Shown: positions 36,650 through 46,722, counted from the stretch's first letter. The stretch: 64,000 nt of DNA from Actinomycetes bacterium (GCA_038246575.1 JBBRVU010000003.1:3421-67420), one strand, 5' to 3'. Notes: a model not told the origin generated them from the sequence alone. Translations and numbers: made by a program.

Positions 36650-36856
36650 ATGACCGAGGACGCCGAGGACGCCGAGGACGGCAGGAACGCCGCGGACGCG
36701 GCCGAGTCGGGCCGGTCGAAGGGGCGGTTCAGCAAGCTGCCGCCGCGGATCGCCTTCGACGACATGGTCGAAGTGGTGGCAGCGGAGGATCGCGCTCCGG
36801 ACAACACCCCCGACCCCAACCGCGAGGTCGCCTGGAAGTACGGCCTCGCCATCTGA
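36650..36856 (+). CDS. Hypothetical small acidic protein (68 aa)
   Basis: MTEDAEDAEDGRN...RFSKLPPRIAFDDMVEVVAAEDRAPDNTPDPNREVAWKYGLAI. It has strong GC3 codon bias. No family was recognised. Confidence 0.5.
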   Translation: MTEDAEDAEDGRNAADAAESGRSKGRFSKLPPRIAFDDMVEVVAAEDRAPDNTPDPNREVAWKYGLAI

Positions 36857-36920
36857 GGCGTACGACCTCGGCGCCGGCTGGCTTTGCCGCAAACCAGCCC
36901 GGCAGGCACCGCGGCAGCGG

Positions 36921-36943
36921 CTGTCGGTGCTGGGGGCGAGAAT
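36921..36943 (+). promoter_or_regulatory. RecA-NDp-like motif immediately upstream of lhr
   Basis: cTGTCGGTG-CTGGGGGC-GAGAAT, then 6 nt (GGCCCG), then GTG at 36950. Confidence 0.5.
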
Positions 36944-36949
36944 GGCCCG

Positions 36950-39900
36950 GTGAGCGACGCCACCGGGTTCTCACCGGCCACCCAGGCGTGGTTCGACGCG
37001 TCGTTCGACGCCCCCACCGCGGCGCAGACGGGCGCCTGGGACGCGATCAGCGCGGGCCGAAACGCCCTGGTGGTCGCCCCGACCGGGTCGGGCAAGACGC
37101 TGGCCGCGTTCCTCTGGTCCATCGACCGGCTGGCCGCAGCACCGCCGCCCGAGCAGCCACAGCGCCGCTGCCGGGTCCTCTACATCTCGCCGATGAAGGC
37201 GCTCGCCGTCGACGTCGAGCGCAACCTGCGGGCGCCACTGACCGGCATCCGGCACGCCGCGACGCGGCTCGGGCTCCCCGAGCCCGACCTCACCGTCGGG
37301 GTCCGCTCGGGTGACACCCCGGCCGACGAGCGCCGCCGGATCGCGCGCACCCCGCCCGACATCCTCATCACCACTCCCGAGTCCCTCTTCCTGCTGCTGA
37401 CCTCGCAGGCGCGCGAGTCGCTGCGCGGCGTCGAGACCGTCATCGTCGACGAGGTCCACGCCGTCGCCGGCACCAAGCGCGGCGCCCACCTGGCGCTCTC
37501 GCTCGAGAGGCTGGACGACCTGCTCGAGCGACCAGCCCAGCGGATCGGCCTGTCCGCCACGGTGCGACCGGTCGAGGAGGTGGCCCGGTTCCTCGGCGGT
37601 CCGCACGACGTCACCGTGGTGTCACCGCCGTCGGCCAAGACGGTCGAGCTGCAGGTCGTCGTCCCGGTCGAAGACCTCGGCGAGCTCGGCGCGACCACGG
37701 GCGAGGTCAGCGGATCCGCAGCCGGTGAGGAACGACGTACGTCCATCTGGCCGCACGTCGAGGAGCGCATCGCCGACCTCATCGAGGCCCACCGCTCGAC
37801 GATCGTCTTCGCCAACTCGCGACGGCTGGCCGAGCGGTTGTGCGCCCGGCTCAACGAGATCCACTACGAGCGCGTGACCGGCGAGGAGCTGCCTTCACCC
37901 GGCAACCAGACTCCGGCCGCGGTCATCGCCCAGTCCGGCTCCTCGGTCCCCCGGCCCGACGACGCCGTGCCCGAGATCGCCCGCGCGCACCACGGCTCGG
38001 TGTCCAAGGAGCAGCGCGCCCAGATCGAGGACGCCCTCAAGTCCGGCCGGCTGCCCGCGGTCGTCGCCACGTCTTCACTCGAGCTGGGCATCGACATGGG
38101 TGCCGTCGACCTCGTGATCCAGGTCGAGTCGCCACCGTCGGTCGCCAGCGGGCTGCAGCGGGTGGGTCGCGCCGGGCACCAGGTCGGTGCGGTGTCCAAG
38201 GGCGTGATCTTCCCGAAGTACCGCGGTGACCTGGTGCAGACCGCCGTCGTCGCCGAGCGGATGCGCGCCGGGCAGATCGAGGCCCTGCGCTATCCCCGCA
38301 ACCCTCTCGACGTGCTCGCGCAGCAGGTGGTGGCGATGGTGAGCCTCGACGAGTGGGGCATCGAGGAGATGTACGACCTGGTGCGCCGGGCCGCGCCCTA
38401 CTCCTCGCTTCCCCGGTCGGCGTTCGACTCCGTGCTCGACATGCTCGCGGGGCGCTACCCGTCCGACGAGTTCGCCGAGCTGCGGCCGCGACTCGTCTGG
38501 GACCGGGTTGCCGGCACGCTGACCGGCCGTCCCGGCGCGCAGCGGCTCGCGGTCACCAGCGGCGGCACCATCCCCGACCGCGGCCTGTTCGGAGTGTTCC
38601 TGGTCGGCGAGAAGCAGAGCCGCGTCGGCGAGCTCGACGAGGAGATGGTCTACGAGTCGCGGGTCGGTGACGTGTTCACCCTCGGCTCGACCGCCTGGCG
38701 CATCGAGGACATCACCCATGACCGGGTGCTCGTGACGCCGGCGCCGGGACAGCCGGGGCGGCTGCCGTTCTGGAAGGGCGACTCGATCGGCCGGCCCGCC
38801 GAGCTCGGCCGGGCACTGGGCGCGTTCACCCGAGAGCTGACTGCCCTGGCCCCCGCGGCGGCTCGCGAGCGGGTCCTCGCCAGCGGGCTCGATGCCTGGG
38901 CGGCCGACAACCTGCTCTCCTACCTCAGCGAACAGCGCGCAGCCACCGGGCACCTTCCCGACGACCGCACGATCGTGGTCGAGCGCTTCCGCGATGAGCT
39001 CGGCGACTGGCGGGTGGCGATCCACTCTCCCTACGGCGCGCAGGTGCACGCCCCGTGGGCGCTGGTGGTGGCGGCCCGGCTGCGCGAGCGCTACGGCGTG
39101 GACGTGCAGGCGATGCACGCCGACGACGGCATCGTGCTGCGGCTGCCCGACGTCGAGCTCGACGGTGGCGTGGACGTCGGCGCCGGCGCGCGTGGCGCCG
39201 CGTGGATGGGCGGCGAGTTCGCTGTGCTCGAGCCCGACGAGGTGGAGCCGCTGGTCACCGCCGAGGTCGGCGGGTCGGCCCTGTTCGCGGCGCGGTTCCG
39301 CGAGTGTGCGGCGCGAGCTCTGCTGCTGCCCAGGCGCGACCCCGGGCGGCGCACCCCGTTGTGGCAGCAGCGGCAGCGCTCGGCCCAGCTGCTGTCGGTG
39401 GCCAGCGACTACGGCTCGTTCCCGGTGCTGCTCGAGACGATGCGCGAGTGCCTGCAGGACGTCTTCGACGTGCCCGGCCTCGTCGAGCTGATGCGCGAGC
39501 TGGGCGACCGAAGGATCCGCGTCGTGGAGGTCGAGACGGCCACGCCGTCGCCGTTCGCGCGGTCTTTGTTGTTCGGCTACGTCGCGCAGTTCCTCTACGA
39601 GGGCGACTCGCCGCTGGCCGAGCGCCGGGCCCAGGCGTTGTCGCTGGACGCGACGCTGCTGGCCGAGCTGCTGGGTCAGCAGGGCTACGGCGCGCTGCGC
39701 GAGCTGCTCGACCCCGACGCGATCGCCTCGGTGGCCGCCGACCTACAGCGCCTGTCCGACGGCCGGGGGGCGCGCAACGTCGAAGGTGTTGCCGACCTGT
39801 TGCGGCTGCTCGGGCCGCTGTCGACCGCGGAGGCGGTTGCCCGCGGCGCGACTCCGCAGTGGCTGGCCGAGCTCGAGGAGTCGCGGCGGGCGATCCGGGT

Positions 39901-41602
39901 CCGGGTGGCCGGCGAGGAGCGCTGGGTCGCCGTCGAGGACGCCGCCCGGCTACGCGACGCGCTGGGCGTTCCGCTGCCGGTGGGCATCCCGGAGGCGTTC
40001 CTCGAGTCGGTCCGTGACCCGGTCGGCGACCTGGTGGCGCGCTTCGCCCGCACCCACATCCCGTTCACCTCGCTGGACGTCGCGCACCGGCTCGGGCTGG
40101 GTCCGGCTGTGGTGACCCAGGCCCTGTCCCGCCTGGCCGGGTCCGGCCGGGTCGTGGAGGGCGAGTTCCTGCCCGGTGGCGCGGGCACCGAGTGGTGCGA
40201 CGCCGAGGTGCTGCGCACTCTGCGGCGCCGGTCCCTGGCCACGCTGCGCAAGGAGGTCGAGCCGGTCCCGGTCGAGGCACTCGCCGTCTTCCTGCCGGCC
40301 TGGCAGCAGGTGGGCGGCGGACTGCGCGGCGTGGCTGGCGTACGACGTGCGGTCGAGCAGCTGCAGGGCGCCCAGCTGGCGGCCTCCGCGCTGGAGTCGC
40401 TGGTGCTGCCGACGCGGGTGTCCGGCTACTCCCCCGCCATGCTGGACGAGCTGTGCGCGGCGGGCGAGGTGCTCTGGCGAGGGCACGGCGCCCTGGCCGG
40501 GTCCGACGGCTGGGTCTCGTTGCACCTGGCCGACACCGCCCACCTCACGATGCCGGCCCCCGACCCGACGACGGTCGACACCCCGCTGCACCACGGCCTG
40601 GTCGAGGCGCTCGACGGTGGGGGGGCGTTCTTCTTCCGGCGCCTGGCCGACCTCGTCCGCAGCACCGACGACCAGGCGCTGGTCTCGGCCCTGTGGGACC
40701 TCGTCTGGTCCGGCCACGTCACCAACGACACACTGGCACCGCTGCGCACGCTGATCGGCGGTCGGGGCAGCCACCGGGCGCGCCGGGCGCCGGCGCAGGG
40801 GCGCTATCGGCCCGGTCGGCCCGGTCGGCCGGCGATGCCGACCCGCACCGGCCCGCCCACCGTCGCCGGACGCTGGTCGCTGCTGCCCGCGGTCGAGACC
40901 GACCCGACCCGCCGGGCCCACCTGCTCACCGAGTCGCTCCTGGACCGCCACGGGGTCGTCATCCGCGGCGCAGTCGCGGCCGAGCGCGCTCCGGGTGGGT
41001 TCAGCGCCGTCTACAAGGTGCTGGCCGCGTTCGAGGAGACCGGGCGCTGCCGGCGGGGCTACTTCGTCGAGGGTCTGGGCGCCGCGCAGTTCGCGCTGCC
41101 GGGTGCGGTCGACCGGCTGCGGGCCATCGCCGCCGGGCTCGAGCGCGACGGATCGACCGGACCGGGCACCTCGACGCCCGACCGGACCCGAGCGCTCGTG
41201 CTTGCCGCCACCGACCCCGCAAATCCCTACGGCGCAGCCGTCGGCTGGCCGGCTCGCGGTCGTGACGGCACCGACAGCACCGCCGGAACCGCCGGAACCG
41301 CGGACAGTGGTCACCGGCCAGGCCGCAAGGCGGGCGCCCTCGTGGTGCTCGTCGACGGGCGCCTCGTGCTGTACGTCGAGCGCGGCGGACGCACGCTGCT
41401 GACGTGGAGCGACGAGCCGGGCATGTTGCAGCCAGCGGTGGACGCCTTGTCCCTCGCCGTCCGGGAGGGACAGCTGGGCCGGCTCACCGTCGAGCGGGCC
41501 GACGGCAGCGCCGTCGTGAACTCTCCGCTGGGCAACGCGCTCGAACAGGCGGGCTTCCATGCGACGCCGCGCGGCCTGCGACTGCGCGCCGGGACAACCT
41601 GA
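36950..41602 (+). CDS. lhr: Large ATP-dependent helicase Lhr
   Basis: FSPATQAWFDASFDAPTAAQTGAWDAISAGRNALVVAPTGSGKTLAAF...DEVHAV... in a product of about 1550 aa. The start is GTG 36950 (leaderless model) or TTG 36884 (track). Confidence 0.92.
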   Translation: MSDATGFSPATQAWFDASFDAPTAAQTGAWDAISAGRNALVVAPTGSGKTLAAFLWSIDRLAAAPPPEQPQRRCRVLYISPMKALAVDVERNLRAPLTGIRHAATRLGLPEPDLTVGVRSGDTPADERRRIARTPPDILITTPESLFLLLTSQARESLRGVETVIVDEVHAVAGTKRGAHLALSLERLDDLLERPAQRIGLSATVRPVEEVARFLGGPHDVTVVSPPSAKTVELQVVVPVEDLGELGATTGEVSGSAAGEERRTSIWPHVEERIADLIEAHRSTIVFANSRRLAERLCARLNEIHYERVTGEELPSPGNQTPAAVIAQSGSSVPRPDDAVPEIARAHHGSVSKEQRAQIEDALKSGRLPAVVATSSLELGIDMGAVDLVIQVESPPSVASGLQRVGRAGHQVGAVSKGVIFPKYRGDLVQTAVVAERMRAGQIEALRYPRNPLDVLAQQVVAMVSLDEWGIEEMYDLVRRAAPYSSLPRSAFDSVLDMLAGRYPSDEFAELRPRLVWDRVAGTLTGRPGAQRLAVTSGGTIPDRGLFGVFLVGEKQSRVGELDEEMVYESRVGDVFTLGSTAWRIEDITHDRVLVTPAPGQPGRLPFWKGDSIGRPAELGRALGAFTRELTALAPAAARERVLASGLDAWAADNLLSYLSEQRAATGHLPDDRTIVVERFRDELGDWRVAIHSPYGAQVHAPWALVVAARLRERYGVDVQAMHADDGIVLRLPDVELDGGVDVGAGARGAAWMGGEFAVLEPDEVEPLVTAEVGGSALFAARFRECAARALLLPRRDPGRRTPLWQQRQRSAQLLSVASDYGSFPVLLETMRECLQDVFDVPGLVELMRELGDRRIRVVEVETATPSPFARSLLFGYVAQFLYEGDSPLAERRAQALSLDATLLAELLGQQGYGALRELLDPDAIASVAADLQRLSDGRGARNVEGVADLLRLLGPLSTAEAVARGATPQWLAELEESRRAIRVRVAGEERWVAVEDAARLRDALGVPLPVGIPEAFLESVRDPVGDLVARFARTHIPFTSLDVAHRLGLGPAVVTQALSRLAGSGRVVEGEFLPGGAGTEWCDAEVLRTLRRRSLATLRKEVEPVPVEALAVFLPAWQQVGGGLRGVAGVRRAVEQLQGAQLAASALESLVLPTRVSGYSPAMLDELCAAGEVLWRGHGALAGSDGWVSLHLADTAHLTMPAPDPTTVDTPLHHGLVEALDGGGAFFFRRLADLVRSTDDQALVSALWDLVWSGHVTNDTLAPLRTLIGGRGSHRARRAPAQGRYRPGRPGRPAMPTRTGPPTVAGRWSLLPAVETDPTRRAHLLTESLLDRHGVVIRGAVAAERAPGGFSAVYKVLAAFEETGRCRRGYFVEGLGAAQFALPGAVDRLRAIAAGLERDGSTGPGTSTPDRTRALVLAATDPANPYGAAVGWPARGRDGTDSTAGTAGTADSGHRPGRKAGALVVLVDGRLVLYVERGGRTLLTWSDEPGMLQPAVDALSLAVREGQLGRLTVERADGSAVVNSPLGNALEQAGFHATPRGLRLRAGTT

Positions 41603-41607
41603 GTCGG

Positions 41608-43968
41608 CTACACAGCCACGTGCAGCGGCGCGGGCAGCACGAACGAGCACTCATCAGCCGGGACCGGGCGACCGAAGAGCCAGCCCTGGCCCTGCTGGAT
41701 GCCTTGAGCGGCGAGCAGGTCGCGCTGACCCTCGGTCTCGATCCCCTCGGCGACGACGTCGAGATGCATCGCCAGCGACATCGCCACCACCGCCCGGACG
41801 ATCTCGGCGTCGTCTGGGCTGCTCTCGATGCCGGCGACGAACTCCCGGTCGATCTTGACCTTGGAGACAGGAAAACGACGGAGGTGTCCGAGCGAGGAGT
41901 AACCAGTGCCGAAGTCGTCCACTGCGAGCACCACGCCGAGCGTCCGCAGCTGGTGCAGCAGCGCCTCGGCGAGGACCTCGTCGGCCATGATGGCCGTCTC
42001 GGTGAGCTCCATCACCAGCAGCTCGGGTGGCACGTGATGGCGGGAGAGCTCGGTTCTGACGTGCTCGACGAGAGTCGCGTCGCGCAGCTGTCGGGCGGAG
42101 ACGTTGACCGCGAGCCAGAGGTCGGGCAGTCCCGCCTCCGCCCGCATCGTCCGCCACCGGGCCAGCTGACGCAGGCCCTCGGAAACGACCCACTCGCCGA
42201 TCTCGACGATGAGACCGGTCTCCTCCGCGACGGGGATGAAGTCCAGCGGTGAGATCTGCCCCAGCCTCGGGTGCGTCCAGCGCAGCAGGGCCTCGGCGCC
42301 GACCACGTCACCGGAGACCAGCGACACGATCGGCTGGTAGTGCAGCGAGAGCTCGTGACGCTCGAGCGCGGTGCGTAGGGCGAGCTCGATCTCGACACGC
42401 GCCCGGACCGAGTCGTGCATCGAGGCGTCGAACACCGTGTACTGATCCCTCCCGGCACCCTTCGACCGGTACATCGCGGTGTCCGCGTCGCGCAGCAGGC
42501 TCTCCGCGGTCGGACGGTCGGCCGAACCTTGAGCTCGGCGCGAGCTGGACAGCCCGACCGAGACCGTGGTCACGAGCGAGGCCTCGTCCGGCCACGGCCG
42601 ACGGAACATCGTCACGATCTCGGCTGCAGCCGACTCCCCGCAGCCGTACCGGTCAGCGCTGACGTAGCAGGCGACGACGAATTCGTCGCCGCCGATGCGG
42701 GCCACGACGTCAGGCGACTTCGAGAGTTCCCGCAGCCTGGTGGCGGCCAGGCAGAGCACCCGGTCGCCGACCACGTGGCCCCAGGTGTCGTTGACCAGCT
42801 TGAAGGCGTCCAGGTCGAGGAACAGCAGATCGACGTGACCTCCCTCGCGATCAGCGACGTCGAGCAGCCCGTCTACCGTCGCGATGAGCTGGGGCCGGTT
42901 GGCCAGATGAGTCAACGGGTCGTGCGTGGCCTGGTGTCGCAGTCCCTGCTCCGCCCGGGTGTGGTCGCGCACCGCGGTGACTGCGCGCAGCACGAACAGC
43001 AGGGTCACCAGTGCACCGGACACGGTGCCGACCCAAACGCTCGACGACGGGGACGAGCCGTGACCGCCGAGCGCCACAACCGCCGGGATCAGCATCATCG
43101 GGACCAAGAGGCCGAGCCGGCCTCGGGACCACGCTGGCACCGGGCGCTGCTGGATGGCCGACAGCTTGCGCATCGACGGGTGCAGCGCGGCAGCCCCCAG
43201 GAAGGTGAAGGCCACGACGAAGGGGAGGTCGAGCAGCGGAGAGCCAACGGTGAGTCCCTGGGTGCCGAGCAAGGCGTAGCCGACGTCGCCGACCAAGAGT
43301 GAGACCAGGGCAAGACCCAAGAGACCGAAGGACAGCACGCGGTTAGCCGAAGTCCAGGACAACAGGAGCACGACGAACACGATGATGGTGTCGATCACCG
43401 GATAGACGCCCAGGAGGACGACGTCGACGGTGAGGCCGTTGTCCCGCACCGTCGGCAGGGTGAGGGCGTCTACGGCCAAGGCGCCGACGGACACGAGGAC
43501 CACGGCCCCGTCGATCAGCTCGTGCGTTGCCCGCGACGTGGAGTGCCGGGTCCGGAGCAGCCCGATGAGTCCCCCCAGCAGCGCGCCGTAGCCGGCCAGG
43601 GTCACCGCATCGGTCAGCGGAGACAGAACAGTGCCGGCAAGGGTGGGTCGCAGCACTGCGGCGGCCACGAACAGCACGCAGGATGCCGCCAGCAGCGTCC
43701 ACGGGCGGGACACCGCCGGTCTGTTGCGCACCCGGCCGACGACTGTGGCGACGGCCGTGGTCAGGCCCACGATGGCTACGGGGATGGCCGCAAGCTCGGT
43801 CGACCTCAGCAGGACGAGCGCAGCCGCCATCGACGCACCGAGGCCGCAGTGCACCCAGGCAACGCGGGGGGTCAGCGCTGGTCGCACACCGACGATCAGG
43901 CTCGACATGGACATCCCATCTGTTACGGGATGCATCGGTGGACCCGTCGGCGCCATTGAGACGATCAC
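41608..43968 (-). CDS. Membrane-anchored GGDEF-EAL cyclic-di-GMP protein
   Basis: An N-terminus of about 8 TM segments, followed by RIGGDEFVVAC and EALLRWTH...DDFGTGYSSL. The start is uncertain (GTG 43968 or ATG 43956). Confidence 0.85.
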   Translation of the reverse strand: MIVSMAPTGPPMHPVTDGMSMSSLIVGVRPALTPRVAWVHCGLGASMAAALVLLRSTELAAIPVAIVGLTTAVATVVGRVRNRPAVSRPWTLLAASCVLFVAAAVLRPTLAGTVLSPLTDAVTLAGYGALLGGLIGLLRTRHSTSRATHELIDGAVVLVSVGALAVDALTLPTVRDNGLTVDVVLLGVYPVIDTIIVFVVLLLSWTSANRVLSFGLLGLALVSLLVGDVGYALLGTQGLTVGSPLLDLPFVVAFTFLGAAALHPSMRKLSAIQQRPVPAWSRGRLGLLVPMMLIPAVVALGGHGSSPSSSVWVGTVSGALVTLLFVLRAVTAVRDHTRAEQGLRHQATHDPLTHLANRPQLIATVDGLLDVADREGGHVDLLFLDLDAFKLVNDTWGHVVGDRVLCLAATRLRELSKSPDVVARIGGDEFVVACYVSADRYGCGESAAAEIVTMFRRPWPDEASLVTTVSVGLSSSRRAQGSADRPTAESLLRDADTAMYRSKGAGRDQYTVFDASMHDSVRARVEIELALRTALERHELSLHYQPIVSLVSGDVVGAEALLRWTHPRLGQISPLDFIPVAEETGLIVEIGEWVVSEGLRQLARWRTMRAEAGLPDLWLAVNVSARQLRDATLVEHVRTELSRHHVPPELLVMELTETAIMADEVLAEALLHQLRTLGVVLAVDDFGTGYSSLGHLRRFPVSKVKIDREFVAGIESSPDDAEIVRAVVAMSLAMHLDVVAEGIETEGQRDLLAAQGIQQGQGWLFGRPVPADECSFVLPAPLHVAV

Positions 43969-43974
43969 ACACGT

Positions 43975-44684
43975 TTATGTCCCAAACAGCCAGATCTGGT
44001 CCCTATGCACCAGAGGCCGCCCAGTGCCGTCGGCCAGCTCCCGCGCCGCGGCGATCCCATGGGTCAGCGGCAGCCAGGGCGACACCGTGGACATCCAGTG
44101 CGGCAGCCGGCCCAGGGGCAAGTTGACCCCGCAGAAGATCAGCCGAACGCCGAAGATGACGTTGGCCAGCACCGCGGTCCCGCGCACCCGCAGGCTGAGC
44201 GCTCCGGTGGGCGACGCTCAGCTCGGTGCACGGGGCCGAGGTCACTGCACTGACCAGGATGATCGGCGCGTACGCAGACACCGGCACGGAGATCGAGAAC
44301 ATCCTCCCGCCGACCACGAGAGCGAAGATCGCGACCAGGAAACTGTTGACGATGACCGGCAGCGCCCGGCCCTGAACAAGGCCACTCGGGGCGCCGGCGT
44401 CGACAGGACGATGCCCAGTGTCTTCTGGTCCCGCTCGTCGCCGATCGTGTTACCCATAACGAAGAGGGACGGGATCGCGGCGTACTGCGACGCGTTGCCG
44501 ATCGCGGATTACTCGTCCGAGCCGATGCCCGCACTGCGCCCGAAGCAGGCGAAGAGCACGGTCTGTGCGGTGGGCCCGATCAGGAATGACGGCACCAGGA
44601 TCCACGGCGAGATCCAGGCGAACACCGCGCGATGGTGCGGGTGCGGCAAGTCCGGCGGCGGTCGCGTAACTCGATGACGGTCAT
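43975..44684 (-). pseudogene. Decayed ABC-2 permease with an in-frame stop plus frameshift(s) and no partner ATPase
   Basis: Permease-like peptide pieces lie in different frames: AVFAWISPWILVPSFLIGPTAQTVLFACFGRSAGIGSDE-TAA(44511-44509)-SAIGNASQYAAIPSLFVMGNTIGDERDQKTLGIVLSTPAPRVALF, then VGGRMFSISVPVSAYAPIILVSAV, then AVLANVIFGVRLIFCGVNLPLGRLPHWMSTVSPWLPLTHGIAAAREL. Confidence 0.6.
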
Positions 44685-44694
44685 GCGGTGGCGG

Positions 44695-45093
44695 TCACTC
44701 GGCGAGCTCGGCAGCCGTCAGGGCCCGCAGCACGCAGAACTCGTTGCCTTCGGGGTCGGCGAGCACAACCCAGGTGACGTCATCGCCCTGGCCGACGTCC
44801 ACCGGGGTCGCGCCGAGCGACGTCAGCCGCGCCACCTCGGCAGCTTGGTCCTCGGGACGCAGATCGATGTGCAGCCGATTCTTGACCGTCTTAGCCTCCG
44901 GGACCCTTGCGAAGAGAAGGTCCGGCGAGATGCCGTCCGCCGAGCTGCCCTGGGGTGGCTCCAGCACGACCTCGTCAGGTGTGTCGTAGGTACGACGCCA
45001 GCCAAGCGCCTGCTCCCAGAACGTCGCCGTGCCAGACGGGTCGACCGAGTCGACGTTGAGGCACTGCCAGCGGATGCTCACTCGGTCAGCCAA
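44695..45093 (-). CDS. VOC (glyoxalase/bleomycin-resistance fold) family protein
   Basis: ...FWEQALGW...KNRLHIDLRPED...VLADPEGNEFCVL. Confidence 0.8.
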   Translation of the reverse strand: MADRVSIRWQCLNVDSVDPSGTATFWEQALGWRRTYDTPDEVVLEPPQGSSADGISPDLLFARVPEAKTVKNRLHIDLRPEDQAAEVARLTSLGATPVDVGQGDDVTWVVLADPEGNEFCVLRALTAAELAE

Positions 45094-45129
45094 CCGGCCC
45101 GGACCGACAGTGTCGAGCCAATTGCAGGA

Positions 45130-46722
45130 TCAGGCGGCGGCGAGCAGCTCGGCGAGGCGTTGTTCGACAAGGCTGGGGGCGTGTGGCCGCACCCCGGGTA
45201 GCGGTGGTGGCCTACTGGCGTAGCGGTGTCCGGTAGGAGTGACGGTCTTGACCACCTCGCCGGCGCCCGCCGGCCCCGGGCGGGCCTGCCAGCCGGGTGC
45301 CTGTTTGGCGTAGTTGCAGGCGGCGCATAGGCCCTGGCCGTTTGCAGCGCTGGTGGGTCCGCGGGCGCTACCGCCGTTGGAGGTGCTCGAGGCGCTGACG
45401 GCGACAACATGATCGGCGTGCCGGATGGGTGCGTCGCACCAGGGGGTGCGGCAGACCCGGTCTCGCACGACCAGGAATCGGCGCAGCGCCCCGGGGAACG
45501 GGCGTCGGCGGGAGTCCATCGCGATCAACGACCCGTCGTCGGGGTTGATGAACAGCCGGCGCAGCCACACCTGGGCACTGCTGTCGCGGATCATCGCCCG
45601 CGCGACCGGGGCCGGGATCGGGCCGTACCCGATCACCTCGGCTGGCTCATCGGTGGCGGCGGCCGGGTCGCTGGCGGCGGGTGCAGCAGCGGCGGCGGCC
45701 GGGTCCATCGCGGCACCTGTGTCGGCAGCGTCGCCGTGGTGATCAGGGAGCAGACTCGATTGCGACATCACCAGGTGCACCTCGACCGGGACAGCGTCGG
45801 CAGTGTGCTGGCCGGTGACTCGCTGCACGAGGAGGTCAGCCATGATCTGGCCACGGGAGCGCGGGTCGCCGACGGCGATCACCCGGTCCGCTTCTGTGGT
45901 CAGAGCGGCATAAGCGGCCACGCCCTGGGTGACCGGCAGGAACCCGGTCAGCCTGGACATGGCGTCCGGCGCCGGTCGCAGCGTGACCCGCCGGTGCTTC
46001 GCGGCGCCTGTCGTCCGGGCCGTGAACGCGTGCGGGTCCATTCGGTAGGAAACCCGCCGCGCGGCGGCCTCGGTTTCCCCGTCACCCAGGGACGCCAGCT
46101 GTGGGGCCAGCTCGGCGTCGGCCAGGCGGCGCAGATGCGGGTCGAGGCATGCGGTCTCCCGCGTCACGATGGTGGCCCGCCACTCCGAGATGTGACCCGC
46201 GCGCAGCTCGCCCATCGTCATGGGCAGCTCGCGGACCAGTGCGCGGGCCAGCCCGACGTGCTGGCCACCGCGATGCGGGGACTCGCGCCTGGCCAGTGCC
46301 ACCTGCGCCGCGACCCCGCGGCTGGCCCGCTCGGCCGGCACTCCGGCCGCCAGCTGAGCGGCTCGTTGCGAGGCAGCGAAATCCTCGGTCACCACTGCCT
46401 GCGCCGCCGCGGCCGCGGACTTCAGCGCCTCCAGCAACCCGATCTGCTCGATCCGCTCCCCGTCCTCGATCGCCCGCACCAAACCACCATGCCCGGTCTG
46501 GTGGGACAGAGCCGCCAGCCAAGAGCGAAGCACCGCGGTGTCCACCGGAGCTGGGGCAGGATCTGGGGCAGGATCTGGGGCTAAGGCTGGGGCTGGATCT
46601 GGGGCTAAGGCTGGGGCGGGGGCTGGGCCTGGGGCGGGGGCTGGGGCTGGGGCACCGATACTCGGGACTGCTGCGTGCACCGTGACGCTCGAGGTGTCTT
46701 CGGTGATCACGGCATCGAACAT
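45130..46722 (-). CDS. DUF222 + HNH endonuclease protein (REP13E12-like)
   Basis: ...DGERIEQIGLLEALKSAAAAAQA...RESPHRGGQHVGLARALV.ELP.T...LRPAPDAMS...CRTPWCDAPIRHADHVV...NGQGLCAACNYAKQAPGW. It has an Ala/Pro-repeat N-terminus. Confidence 0.85.
   Translation of the reverse strand: MFDAVITEDTSSVTVHAAVPSIGAPAPAPAPGPAPAPALAPDPAPALAPDPAPDPAPAPVDTAVLRSWLAALSHQTGHGGLVRAIEDGERIEQIGLLEALKSAAAAAQAVVTEDFAASQRAAQLAAGVPAERASRGVAAQVALARRESPHRGGQHVGLARALVRELPMTMGELRAGHISEWRATIVTRETACLDPHLRRLADAELAPQLASLGDGETEAAARRVSYRMDPHAFTARTTGAAKHRRVTLRPAPDAMSRLTGFLPVTQGVAAYAALTTEADRVIAVGDPRSRGQIMADLLVQRVTGQHTADAVPVEVHLVMSQSSLLPDHHGDAADTGAAMDPAAAAAAPAASDPAAATDEPAEVIGYGPIPAPVARAMIRDSSAQVWLRRLFINPDDGSLIAMDSRRRPFPGALRRFLVVRDRVCRTPWCDAPIRHADHVVAVSASSTSNGGSARGPTSAANGQGLCAACNYAKQAPGWQARPGPAGAGEVVKTVTPTGHRYASRPPPLPGVRPHAPSLVEQRLAELLAAA

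Noticed and set aside
39398-39425. TGTCGGTG-N8 motif inside lhr
   Set aside because: It is internal to the coding sequence, the downstream hexamer (CTACGG) does not fit TAnnnT, and no gene starts nearby.
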